Below are positions 39,717 to 48,881 of a stretch of DNA of 64,000 nucleotides, piece by piece. Under the pieces are notes generated by a model. It searched no databases. It was not told the origin of the DNA and was given only the letters and a program-made list of their open reading frames with translations. Origin of the DNA: an uncultured delta proteobacterium (GTDB taxonomy: Bacteria; Myxococcota; Myxococcia; Myxococcales; Myxococcaceae); the NCBI GenBank assembly GCA_963796055.1, contig CAWCKH010000004.1, positions 2,784,001 to 2,848,000 on the forward strand, read 5' to 3'. The position numbers and the translations under genes were made by a program. Every line of letters starts with the position of its first letter. Positions within the stretch are counted from its first letter, which is position 1.

Positions 39717-40414
39717 GTGCGTTCGCGACTCGTCGCGCTCTGGCTGGTCGTTCTGGCCACGGGAGCCCGTGCCCAGGAGGCCCAGGTTCAGCAACCGTCG
39801 CCGTCGCAGCCCGCGCCCCCGGCCGTGGAGCCACCGCGGACGATGCCGCCCACCCCGGCGCCGCAACACGTCGGTCCTGCGCCAGCCCAGGAACAGGCGC
39901 TGGAGCGGCACCTGGGGGACTCTTCGGCCACGTGGACCTCGGCGTCTCGTATCTCCGCACGACCGGTTCGAAGAGCGGGTCGACCTTCGCCGGCGAGGGC
40001 GTGGCGCTGGGCTTCGCTGCCGCGGTCGGCTGGGCTCCCAGCGAGGAGTGGGCGCTCGCGCTCGAGGTCTGGGACTGGAAAGCACTCTCCTCGAGCGGAC
40101 TGGGGTCGAACACCTCCGTCGAGCTGCAAGCGCTCGGGCTGAACGTCACCCGCTACGTCGTTCCGGCGAATCTCTTCGCCACGGTGGTCGTCTCCGGGAC
40201 CCGGCTGGCGATCACCGATGCCGGGGACTACGTCGAGTACGCCAGCTCCAACATCGGCTTCGGGTTGAAGGTTCTTCTGGGCAAGGAATGGCTGTTGCAC
40301 CCGGCCTTCGGGCTCGGCCTCGGGGCGGAGCTCTTCTTCTCGGTCAACCGGGACGGGGGGAACACCCTCAGGACGCTGGGGGGTGGGCTTGTCCTTTCGC
40401 TGACGGGGCGCTAG
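39717..40414 (+). CDS. Outer-membrane beta-barrel protein with Pro/Gln linker (frameshift in G run 39914-39918)
   Basis: Signal peptide and PQ linker in one frame; barrel strands LFGHVDLG...GKEW in the next; adding one G joins them. Confidence 0.68.
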
Positions 40415-40459
40415 CCGGTGCTATAGCCGACGGCGCTGGCCTGCTGAGGAGGGAAGGCG

Positions 40460-41308
40460 ATGAAGCGGATGACTCGGTACACCCGTGGCGGTCGGATCGC
40501 CCTGGTCCTTTCGCTCCTCCTCGGGACCTCGTCACTGGCCCAGGCTCCGGTGCCCGAGCCGGTCACGGACCAGGAGACCGAGCTGGGCAAGGCGGTGTAC
40601 GACCAGCTGAGGGCCAAGGCGGAGATCATCGAGTCCTCGCCGCTCTACGACACGCTCAAGCCGGTGGCGGAGGCGATCAGCCGGGTGTCCCAGTCCCGGT
40701 ACCCGCACCCCTTCAAGTTCTACCTGGTCCACGAGGCGCAGCCGAACGCCTTCGCCACGCCGGGGGGAAACGTCTACGTCGTCGACTCGCTCCTCTACTT
40801 CGCCAAGAACACCGAGCAGCTCGCGGGAACGCTCTGCCACGAGGTCTCGCACACCATTCACCGCGACGCGGTGACGTTGATGAAGAAGAAGAAGCTCCTC
40901 GAGGCGGGAGAGGTCGCCACCGCGGTCCTGGTGGGAGCGACCCGGGCGGAGATCATCGCCCTGGCCCTGCTGGGTCACCTCCGCTCGCTGGGGTATTCGC
41001 GCGAGGCCGAGTCGAAGGCCGACATCACGGGGTCCGACATCTGTGCCGAGGCCGGGTACAACCCCTACGGCCTGGTCTGGCTGTTCCAGGACTTCCAGAA
41101 CGCCGATCTCAGGCAGATCCCGCAGCTGCTGTCGGACCATCCGGCGAACACGACGCGGATCACCACGCTGAAGAAGCACTTTCAGGACAACCCGAAGACG
41201 TTTTCCAAGTTCGACCCCGATCCGAAGTCGGCGACTCCGTTCAGCGTGCCGAAGGACGTCCCGGTGGTGTTCCTCCGCCCGGAGATCAAGACCAAGACGG
41301 CCCAGTAG
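40460..41308 (+). CDS. M48-family metallopeptidase (BepA/LoiP-like)
   Basis: PNAFATPGG, HEVSH, YSREAESKAD, SDHP. Confidence 0.9.
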   Translation: MKRMTRYTRGGRIALVLSLLLGTSSLAQAPVPEPVTDQETELGKAVYDQLRAKAEIIESSPLYDTLKPVAEAISRVSQSRYPHPFKFYLVHEAQPNAFATPGGNVYVVDSLLYFAKNTEQLAGTLCHEVSHTIHRDAVTLMKKKKLLEAGEVATAVLVGATRAEIIALALLGHLRSLGYSREAESKADITGSDICAEAGYNPYGLVWLFQDFQNADLRQIPQLLSDHPANTTRITTLKKHFQDNPKTFSKFDPDPKSATPFSVPKDVPVVFLRPEIKTKTAQ

Positions 41309-41328
41309 CCCGGCGGAGGAGCGCGTCC

Positions 41329-42081
41329 ATGGTCTTCATCCGGCAGAACATCCAGGGTGGCATCGCCGAGGTTCGGCTCGAGCGAGGCAAGGTCAACGCG
41401 CTGAACGAGCAGGTGGTGGACGAGCTCTCGGGCTGCTTCCGCGATCTGGCCGATGACTCCCGGGTGCGAGGCATCCTCCTCACCGGTACCGGCAAGTTCT
41501 TCTCCTTCGGCTTCGACGTCCCGGAGTTCATGGGGGTCTCGAAGGAGGCGTTCGCCAGGTACGTCGAGAAGTTCACCGCGCTCTACCGCGACCTCTTCGC
41601 CCACCCAAAGCCGGTCGTCGCGGCGATCAACGGTCATGCGGTCGCCGGAGGGTGCATGCTCGCCACCGCCTGTGACGCTCGGGTCATGGCCAGGGAGACC
41701 GCCAAGATCGGCCTCAACGAGATTGGCTTCGGCTCGTCGCTCTTCGCCGGCAGCCTGGCGATGCTGCGCTTCTGGATCGGCGGGCGGAGGGCGCAGGAGG
41801 TGGTCTACGGAGGGACGCTCTACACCGCGGACCAGGCGCTTTCGCTCGGCCTGGTGGACGCCAGCGTCCCGGAGTTCACCGTCCTCGACGAGGCCCGACG
41901 ACGGCTCCACGAGCATGCCGACAAGCCGCTGGCGGCATTCCGCAGCATCAAGCTGCTGCTGCGACAGCCCGTGCTGGAGGAGATCCAGCGCACGGAAGGA
42001 CCATCGATCCGGGAGTTCGTCGAGATCTGGTACTCGGGCGACACGCGCCAAAGGCTGCAGGAGATCAAGATTCACCTCTGA
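41329..42081 (+). CDS. Enoyl-CoA hydratase/isomerase
   Basis: VNALN, FSFGFD, AAINGHAVAGG, GLNE. Confidence 0.9.
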   Translation: MVFIRQNIQGGIAEVRLERGKVNALNEQVVDELSGCFRDLADDSRVRGILLTGTGKFFSFGFDVPEFMGVSKEAFARYVEKFTALYRDLFAHPKPVVAAINGHAVAGGCMLATACDARVMARETAKIGLNEIGFGSSLFAGSLAMLRFWIGGRRAQEVVYGGTLYTADQALSLGLVDASVPEFTVLDEARRRLHEHADKPLAAFRSIKLLLRQPVLEEIQRTEGPSIREFVEIWYSGDTRQRLQEIKIHL

Positions 42082-42171
42082 CCGCTCGCCGTGCAGGCCG
42101 TGGCTGGGCATCTTCACCACCCCGACGGCTCGCACGGCGACGATCACGGAGCGGTCCAGCTGGCCTGACGG

Positions 42172-42813
42172 TCAGGCCAGGTCGGGCCGCGCCTGCCGCC
42201 CGCGCCGCCGGTTCTTGGCCGTCGTTCCGCAGGTCGACATCTGGCACCAGCGGCGCAGTCCGTTGCGGCTGCGGTCCACGTAGGTCCAGCCGCACGATTC
42301 GCCGCCGCACACCCGAACCCGGGCTGACTCGGGCGAGGTGAGGAGCTGGACGGCGCTCCACAGCACCGGCCACAGCGGAGAGTCGAGCGCGGCCTCCGAC
42401 CCCTGCCATCCGAGGCGAACCCCGGGACCACCTTCGGTCCGGTCGGTCTCGAGGCACAGATGCGACAGCGCCCTGGGCAGCAACGCATCCAGGAGGTGGA
42501 GCGCCGCGCCGGGGTCCTTCCCTCGCGAGAGCGCCGCGGCGCAGGCCTGGATGGCAGCCCGCGCCCGCCGGGCGAATCCCAGAGCCCGCGCCGCCTCGGA
42601 TGGCTCGAGCGCCGCGCGACGGCGCAGCGCCGCCGCCTCCGATGTCCCGATCACCCCGGCGCGCTCGGCCCAGGCGAGGAGACGTGGATAGTCGCTCAGC
42701 CGCTCCTGGGCGAGGCCATGCTCCGTCCAGTCGACGGTGTTCACCAGGTCGAGCGCGAGGTTGCCGCCGATGAACTTGAAGGGGGCCGGGGAGGGGTGGG
42801 CCGATCCGGGCAC
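42172..42813 (-). CDS. ABATE/CGNR zinc-finger regulator
   Basis: LALDLVNT; CGGESCGWTYVDRSRNGLRRWCQMSTCG. Confidence 0.92.
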   Translation of the reverse strand: MPGSAHPSPAPFKFIGGNLALDLVNTVDWTEHGLAQERLSDYPRLLAWAERAGVIGTSEAAALRRRAALEPSEAARALGFARRARAAIQACAAALSRGKDPGAALHLLDALLPRALSHLCLETDRTEGGPGVRLGWQGSEAALDSPLWPVLWSAVQLLTSPESARVRVCGGESCGWTYVDRSRNGLRRWCQMSTCGTTAKNRRRGRQARPDLA

Positions 42814-42822
42814 GAGGGAACT

Positions 42823-42856
42823 GTAACACCGTCTAAATGCGCTTGACAGGTGTCAG
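42823..42856. promoter_or_regulatory. Putative operator 1 (TAACACC-N18-GGTGTCA), contains TTGACA
   Basis: Aligns without gaps to operator 2. Confidence 0.7.
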
Positions 42857-42870
42857 TACCCCCGACAGAG

Positions 42871-42904
42871 TTGACACCTCTTAAACGACATTTGGAGGTG
42901 TCAA
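42871..42904. promoter_or_regulatory. Putative operator 2 (TTGACACCTC-N14-GAGGTGTCAA), overlaps RBS
   Basis: Perfect 10-bp inverted repeat. Confidence 0.78.
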
Positions 42905-42906
42905 AC

Positions 42907-43245
42907 ATGGGGACACTCCCTCGGCGGATCGCTCGCGTCTGGGAAGGAAGCACCCGCTCCCGGGATGCAGAGGCGTACCTGGCCTATCTCGGCCGGACGG
43001 GCTTCCCCGGCTACCGGGACACGCCGGGCAATCGGGGGGTGATCGCCTTGCGGCGGGAGGGCCCTCGGGAGGCCCGCTTCCTCCTCCTCACGCTGTGGGA
43101 GTCGGAGGCGGCGATCCGGGCCTTCGCCGGTCCGGAGCCCTCGCGGGCGCGCTTCTACCCCGAGGATGACCGCTTCCTGCTCCGGCGTGGCGAGGCGGTA
43201 CGCCACTTCGACCTGGTGCACGCCGACGGGCTCGCCTGGCGATGA
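42907..43245 (+). CDS. ABM-like dimeric alpha-beta barrel protein
   Basis: IARVWEG, TPGNRG, LTLWESEAAIRAFAG, YPEDDRFL; GGAGG RBS. Confidence 0.8.
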   Translation: MGTLPRRIARVWEGSTRSRDAEAYLAYLGRTGFPGYRDTPGNRGVIALRREGPREARFLLLTLWESEAAIRAFAGPEPSRARFYPEDDRFLLRRGEAVRHFDLVHADGLAWR

Positions 43246-44016
43246 ATCGCACCTCCCGGCTGGGCCTGCTCGGCGCATTCGGGGCCGTCTACCTCTTCTG
43301 GGGCGGGACGTTCCTCGCCATCCGGTACGCGGTGGCCGATCTCCCCGCCCCTCCTCACCATCGGCCTCCGCTGCGCGGGCGGCGCGGTGTTGCTGTTCGC
43401 CTGGCTTGGAGTCCGGGCCCGCCGGCGCCCCGCGCTCGCGGTGGCGATCGGTCTCGGCCTGGGCGCCGCGGGGGTGGCGGTGCTCTCCGGCGGAGATGGG
43501 CTGCACCCCGAGCGCGCCCGCGACCATGCCGCCCTGCTCGCCTGCGCATTCGCCTGGGCGCTGGGGTCCCTGCTCGCGCGCCACGGGCCCCGGCCCGCGT
43601 CCGCCACGCAGTCGACGGCGATGCAGCTGGCGACCGGGGCGGTGCTCGTGCTCGCGGTGAGCGCGGCCTTCGAGCCGTGGTCAGGGATCCGGCTCACTCG
43701 CCGGGGGACGGCGTCACTGGGCTTCCTGATCGTGTGCGGAACCGCCCTCGGGCTGGCCTCGTATACCTGGCTCCTGCGGATCACCAGTCCCGCGGCGGTG
43801 GGGACCTACGCGTTCGTCAATCCGGTGATCGCCCTTCTGCTCGGCTCGTCGGTGGGGGACGACCGGCTGGGGTGGCGGACGGCGCTGGCCACCGCCCTGA
43901 TCGTGTCCGCGGTGCTGGTGACGCAGTGGCGAGCTCTGGTGGGGCCCTCGCGCTCCGGGGAGCCCGCCTGCCGAGGCCGCGCGATCGAGCGCGCGGTGGC
44001 GGCGAGCGGTCCCTAG
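43242..44016 (+). pseudogene. EamA/YedA-like DMT transporter, frameshifted and apparently internally deleted
   Basis: YLFWGGTFLAIR; extra C near 43343; TYAFVNPVIA; only about 258 codons. Confidence 0.75.
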
Positions 44017-44186
44017 GCCTCTGAAAGCCAGCAGGATGCCGGTGCAGTGCAGGCCTTCGTCGGTGCGCTGGTCCTGGGGACGACCTTTGGTCCGCGCAAA
44101 ACTGCGGAATTCGCTGCAACCCGCGCTACGATGCCTCATCCGCGGACTGCTGACGGAGCCGGGGCGAAACGAGGGAGGGTAGAGCG

Positions 44187-44771
44187 ATGAGACGATGGAT
44201 GGTGCTGGGTCTGCTCGCCTGCGCGTGCGGAAGCGACTCCGGTAGCTCGGGGCCAGGGTCGATCAGCGGAACGGTGGGTGGACAGCCCTTGAGCGTGAAG
44301 GACGCGGTGTTCAGTCTCGAGGACAACGCGGTCCTGGTCGTCATCTCCGACCAGGCGAACATGTGTGCTCTTCTGGGTGGAACGACCTTGCCCGGCACGA
44401 CCACCGCGCTGTACCTCTCCCTGGCCAACTTCGTTCCCCCGGCGACGGTCAACGGCCACGTCACCGGCGACTACGCGTTCTTCGATCTGGGGGGCATGAC
44501 GTTTCCCACCACCGCCGGACGCTACTGGTATGGAGGATTCGAGACGGTCACCGCCGCTTGCACGGTGGCCACCGTGTCCTTTGCCACCGGCGGCACGGTC
44601 AGCGTGACCCAGACTGGCAACACCAGCGGGACTCACTTCAAGGCCAACCTGAACGGGCTGAAGTTCGGAGCGGACACACTCAACGGCAGCATCGACGCCA
44701 CCTACTGCCCGGCGGTGTCCACCACGCAGTGCGGAAATTCGCTCGCCCCACCACCCGGGCAGCAGGAGTAG
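44187..44771 (+). CDS. Hypothetical lipoprotein
   Basis: LLACAC lipobox, Gly/Ser linker, beta-rich, paired Cys. Confidence 0.75.
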   Translation: MRRWMVLGLLACACGSDSGSSGPGSISGTVGGQPLSVKDAVFSLEDNAVLVVISDQANMCALLGGTTLPGTTTALYLSLANFVPPATVNGHVTGDYAFFDLGGMTFPTTAGRYWYGGFETVTAACTVATVSFATGGTVSVTQTGNTSGTHFKANLNGLKFGADTLNGSIDATYCPAVSTTQCGNSLAPPPGQQE

Positions 44772-44784
44772 GCGTCGGCCGCGG

Positions 44785-45010
44785 CTAGAAACCCACCGCC
44801 GGCCCGGTGATGGACCCCGCCGACCTGCCCTCGAACAGGACGAAGACGCTTCGTCCGTAGAAGAACGGCATTCCCCAGTCGAACGTGCCGCTCGGGAGCT
44901 GGAAGTCGCCCAGTGGACCGGCCAGAGTGGGGAACACCGCCGCATCGGGGGCGGAGGTGAAGAGCTGGTCCGCATTCCCCACCGTGAACTGGACCTGTGC
45001 CGGCGGAGGG
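44785..45010 (-). pseudogene. C-terminal remnant of a DUF3443-like protein
   Basis: VGNADQLF...FDWGMPFFYGRSVF...GP; no N-terminus. Confidence 0.65.
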
Positions 45011-45020
45011 CCGCGGGTGG

Positions 45021-45236
45021 TCAGTGGCCAACTTCGGTCGGTGCGGCCATGGCCGGGGGGCCCTCGCGAATGCGCTCGACGGTGAGCGCTGCTTCCTTCG
45101 CCGCGGCGGACTCGAGGTTCGTCCGGAGGACGACGTGCGGAGCGCGGATCTCGCGCCAGCCAGCTGCGGCCGGCGCCGCGCCCACGAGCAGCATCGATAC
45201 CAGGACCGCCCCAGCGCTCACACGGGCCACGCGCAT
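45021..45236 (-). pseudogene. N-terminal remnant of a secreted DUF1570-like protein
   Basis: Signal peptide + WREIRAPHVVLRTNL..AA...E, then abrupt stop. Confidence 0.55.
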
Positions 45237-45271
45237 CTCTCCCGGCTTGGACGGCACAATGCCGATGGGGA

Positions 45272-45952
45272 TCATGGCCCGCTCCCCGCCGCGACTCGTC
45301 CGAGCAGCCCGGTGTCCACCTCGAGCAGCGAGCGAACGACGGCATCCGCGGCGCCGAACCGCGCATCCTCCACCGGCCAGCGCTCCGGCACGGCGATGCA
45401 TCGCATGCCGGCCGAGGTCGCCGCGAGGACGCCGTTCACCGAGTCCTCCAGCGCCACGCACTCCGCGGGCGGGACGCCGAGCCGTGCGGCAGTGGTCAGG
45501 TACACGCCCGGATGTGGCTTGCCGAACCGCTCACCCTCGGCGGACACCACCGCCTCGAACATCCCGCGCAGCCCAACGCGCTCGAGCACGCCCTCGATCA
45601 GCGCCAGCGGGGACGACGAGGCCAGTGCGACGCGCAACCCCGCGCCCTGCACCACCGCGAGGCTCTCGCGCACTCCAGGCTTGAGCGGCGCGCGCTCCGC
45701 GAGCAGGGCCAGCACGCGCCGGAGGATGCGTTCCACCACTTCCTCGGGCGACACACCCCTCCACGGGTGACGGGCGGCCCAGTACCCCACCGCCTCGTCC
45801 ATCCGGAGGCCTGTGGTCTCCAGGCACCGTTCGGGGGTGAGCGGCACCCCGATCGCGCCGAGCACCTCCATCTCCGCGGTCATCCAGCAGGGCTCCGAGT
45901 CGATCAGCAGCCCGTCCAGGTCGTAGATGACGGACTGGAGCGTCCCGATCAC
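45272..45952 (-). CDS. HAD phosphatase, HxpB/YniC-like
   Basis: YDLDGLLIDSEP, LASSS, GKPHP, EDSVNG; GTGA overlap with uvrA. Confidence 0.88.
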   Translation of the reverse strand: MIGTLQSVIYDLDGLLIDSEPCWMTAEMEVLGAIGVPLTPERCLETTGLRMDEAVGYWAARHPWRGVSPEEVVERILRRVLALLAERAPLKPGVRESLAVVQGAGLRVALASSSPLALIEGVLERVGLRGMFEAVVSAEGERFGKPHPGVYLTTAARLGVPPAECVALEDSVNGVLAATSAGMRCIAVPERWPVEDARFGAADAVVRSLLEVDTGLLGRVAAGSGP

Positions 45953-48834
45953 TGCGCCGCAGCCGCCTGCCCCGGAGCCTCCACCGACCGGCTGGGCCGC
46001 GCGACTCGCCCGCGCTCCAGGACCTGACGCAGGTACAGACCGGTGTGGCTCGCCTCCACCCCGGCCACCTGCTCGGGCGTGCCGGTGGCCAGCACCCGTC
46101 CACCGCCAGCGCCGCCCTCGGGTCCCAGGTCGATGACCCAGTCCGCGCTCTTGATGACGTCCAGGTTGTGCTCGATGACGACCACGGTGTTCCCCGCTTC
46201 GACCAGCCGCTCCAGGACGCGGAGCAGCTTGCGGATGTCGTCGAAGTGCAGCCCGGTCGTCGGCTCGTCCAGGATGTAGAGCGTCTTCCCGGTCGCCACC
46301 CGCGCCAGCTCCCGGCTCAGCTTGATGCGCTGGGCCTCGCCGCCGGACAGCGTGGGCGAGCTCTGACCGAGTTTGAGATATCCGAGCCCCACGTCCTCCA
46401 GGGTCTGCAGCACCCTCACGATGTCCCGGTGCACACCGAAGTGCTCCTTCGCCTCGTGGATGCTCATCTCCAGCACCTCGGCGATGTTCTTCCCCTTGTA
46501 TCGGACCCGCAACGTCGCCTCGTTGAAGCGCTTACCGCCGCAGACCTCGCAGGGCACGTACACGTCGGCGAGGAAGTGCATCTCCACCAGCCTCACCCCG
46601 TCGCCCTCGCACGACTCGCACCGGCCGCCCTTGACGTTGAAGCTGAACCGGCCGGCGTCGTAGCCGAAGGCCCGCGCCTCCTGCGTCAGCGCGAACACCT
46701 CGCGGATGGAGTCGAACACCTTGGTGTACGTCGCCGGGTTGCTCCGCGGAGTCCGGCCGATGGGCCTCTGATCGATGTCGATCACCTTGTCCAGGTGCTC
46801 TGCGCCCTTGACCGCCTTGTGCCGCCCCGGCACCACCCGGGTCTCGCTCAGCCGCTGGGACAGCGCGGGGTAGAGGATCTCGTTCACCAGGGTGGACTTC
46901 CCGGCCCCGCTCACCCCGGTGACCGCCACCAGCAGCCCCAGCGGGAACTCCACGGTGATGTTCTGGAGGTTGTTCTCCTTGGCGCCCTCGACCACCAGCC
47001 GCGCCTTCCCGGGCTCGCGACGGTGGCGCGGCACGTCGATCATCTCCCGCCCGCTGAGGTACGCGCCGGTCAGGCTGTCGGGGTTTGCCATCACCTGGGC
47101 GGGCGTCCCCTGGGCGACGATCCGCCCCCCGAGCTCGCCCGCTCCGGGACCGAAGTCGACGATCCAGTCGGCCGCCTGCATCGTCTCCTCGTCATGCTCG
47201 ACGACGATGACCGAGTTCCCCAGATCGCGCAGCCGCTTGAGCGTGGCCAGGAGCTTTCCGTTGTCCCGCTGGTGCAGCCCGATGCTCGGCTCGTCGAGAA
47301 TGTAGACCACCCCGGTGAGCTCGCTCCCCATCTGGGAGGCGAGCCGGATGCGCTGGCTCTCCCCACCCGAGAGCGTGGCTGCGCTCCGGTCCAGGGTCAG
47401 GTAGCCCAGCCCCACGTCGAGCAGGAACCCCAGCCGGCTCTGGATCTCCTTGAGCAGCTCCCGCGCCACCGGCTCCTCGGCCGCGGTGAGCGGCATCCTC
47501 GCCAGGAACTCGCGGGCCTCGGAGATGGTCAGCCGCGAGAGCTCGACGATGCTCTTGCCGTGAACCTTCACCGCGCGGACCTCGGGCTTCAGCCGCTCGC
47601 CGTGGCAGGTGGGGCAGGGCTGCGGGGAGAAGAAGCGCGCGTAGTACTTCCGCATCGCCTCGCTCTGGGTGGTCCGGAAGGAGCGAAGCAGCTTGTGGAC
47701 CATCCCCTCCCACTCCATGGTCCACTTCCCACCCGAGCCCCACTTGACGGTGAACTCCTTGCCGCCGGTCCCGTAGAGCACCACGTCCCGCTCGCGCTTG
47801 CTCAGCTTCGACCAGGGGACGTCCAGATCGATGTCGAACGCCTTTGCCAGCTGCTCGACGAACTCCGCGGTCCACCCCTCGCCCCGCACCATCCCGCTGC
47901 TCCACGGCTCCACCGCGCCCTCCCGGATGGTGCGCGAGGGGTCGGGGACGATGAGGTCCGGATCCATCTCCGGCTTCGTCCCCAGGCCGTTGCAGTCCGG
48001 GCACATCCCCAGCGGGTTGTTGAAGCTGAAGTGCGCCGGGGTCAGCTCGCCAAACGACAGGCCGCAGTGATGGCAGGCGTTCAGCTCGCTCAGTACCCGC
48101 GGGTTCCCGCCGGCCTCGTCGGTGAGGAGCAGCACGCCCTTGCCCTCGCGGAGCGCGGTCTCCACCGAGTCGGTGAGCCGCGACCGGAGGTCGGGCTTGA
48201 GCACCAGCCGGTCCACCACCACCTCGATGCTGTGCTTGGACTTCTTGTCCAGGGTGATGGGCTCCTCCAGCCCCCGCACCCGGCCGTCGATGCGGGCCCG
48301 GGCGAAGCCGCGCTTCTGCGCGTCGGCGAGCAGCTCGCGGTGCTCGCCCTTCCGCTCCTGGACCAGGGGAGCGAGCACCATCAGCTTCGTGCCCGCTGGC
48401 ATCCGGAGGATCTCGTCGACGATCTGCTGCGCCGACTGGCGGCCCACCCGCCGCCCGCACTTCCAGCAGTGCTGCACCCCGATGGAGGCGTAGAGCACAC
48501 GCAGGTAGTCGTGGACCTCGGTCACCGTCCCCACCGTCGAGCGGGGGTTGTTGCTGGCCGCCTTCTGCTCGATGGAGATGGTGGGCGAGAGGCCCCGGAG
48601 GGTCTCGTACTTCGGCTTCTCCATCTGACCGAGGAACTGCCGGGCGTAGGCCGACAGGCTCTCCACGTAGCGCCGCTGTCCCTCGGCGTAGAGCGTGTCG
48701 AAGGCCAGCGAGCTCTTCCCGCTCCCGCTCACCCCGCTGAAGACCACCAGCGCCTTCTTCGGAACGTCGAGGGAGACGGATTTGAGGTTGTGCTCGGAGG
48801 CGCCCCGGATGGAGATGACGTCGGGCTCGGACAT
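45949..48834 (-). CDS. uvrA: Excinuclease ABC subunit A
   Basis: GVSGSGKSSLAFDT, LSGGESQRIRLA, GVSGAGKST, zinc fingers, LSGGEAQRIKL. Confidence 0.98.
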   Translation of the reverse strand: MSEPDVISIRGASEHNLKSVSLDVPKKALVVFSGVSGSGKSSLAFDTLYAEGQRRYVESLSAYARQFLGQMEKPKYETLRGLSPTISIEQKAASNNPRSTVGTVTEVHDYLRVLYASIGVQHCWKCGRRVGRQSAQQIVDEILRMPAGTKLMVLAPLVQERKGEHRELLADAQKRGFARARIDGRVRGLEEPITLDKKSKHSIEVVVDRLVLKPDLRSRLTDSVETALREGKGVLLLTDEAGGNPRVLSELNACHHCGLSFGELTPAHFSFNNPLGMCPDCNGLGTKPEMDPDLIVPDPSRTIREGAVEPWSSGMVRGEGWTAEFVEQLAKAFDIDLDVPWSKLSKRERDVVLYGTGGKEFTVKWGSGGKWTMEWEGMVHKLLRSFRTTQSEAMRKYYARFFSPQPCPTCHGERLKPEVRAVKVHGKSIVELSRLTISEAREFLARMPLTAAEEPVARELLKEIQSRLGFLLDVGLGYLTLDRSAATLSGGESQRIRLASQMGSELTGVVYILDEPSIGLHQRDNGKLLATLKRLRDLGNSVIVVEHDEETMQAADWIVDFGPGAGELGGRIVAQGTPAQVMANPDSLTGAYLSGREMIDVPRHRREPGKARLVVEGAKENNLQNITVEFPLGLLVAVTGVSGAGKSTLVNEILYPALSQRLSETRVVPGRHKAVKGAEHLDKVIDIDQRPIGRTPRSNPATYTKVFDSIREVFALTQEARAFGYDAGRFSFNVKGGRCESCEGDGVRLVEMHFLADVYVPCEVCGGKRFNEATLRVRYKGKNIAEVLEMSIHEAKEHFGVHRDIVRVLQTLEDVGLGYLKLGQSSPTLSGGEAQRIKLSRELARVATGKTLYILDEPTTGLHFDDIRKLLRVLERLVEAGNTVVVIEHNLDVIKSADWVIDLGPEGGAGGGRVLATGTPEQVAGVEASHTGLYLRQVLERGRVARPSRSVEAPGQAAAAQ

Positions 48835-48881
48835 GCGCAGCCAACCTTGTTAACACCCCGCCCGAGCCGAGGGCACGGGAC

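Noticed and set aside
37722..42081. Apparent giant ORFs or fusions in the ORF track (37722-40142, 39769-42081; likewise 9723-11894, 54181-58683)
   Set aside because: Stop-free extensions of shorter real genes; better starts with RBS or stop/start overlaps were used.
44134..44174. Hammerhead-like text (CCTCATC...CTGACGGA-GCCGGGGC-GAAACGAGG)
   Set aside because: The core has an extra base, stem I does not pair, stem II is minimal and stem III has a mismatch. More likely an ordinary promoter/leader.
45020..45050. Weak similarity (ACTTC-GGTC-GG) to the IS630 TIR at the deletion scar
   Set aside because: Short, gapped and lacking the terminal CACTA; chance is plausible.
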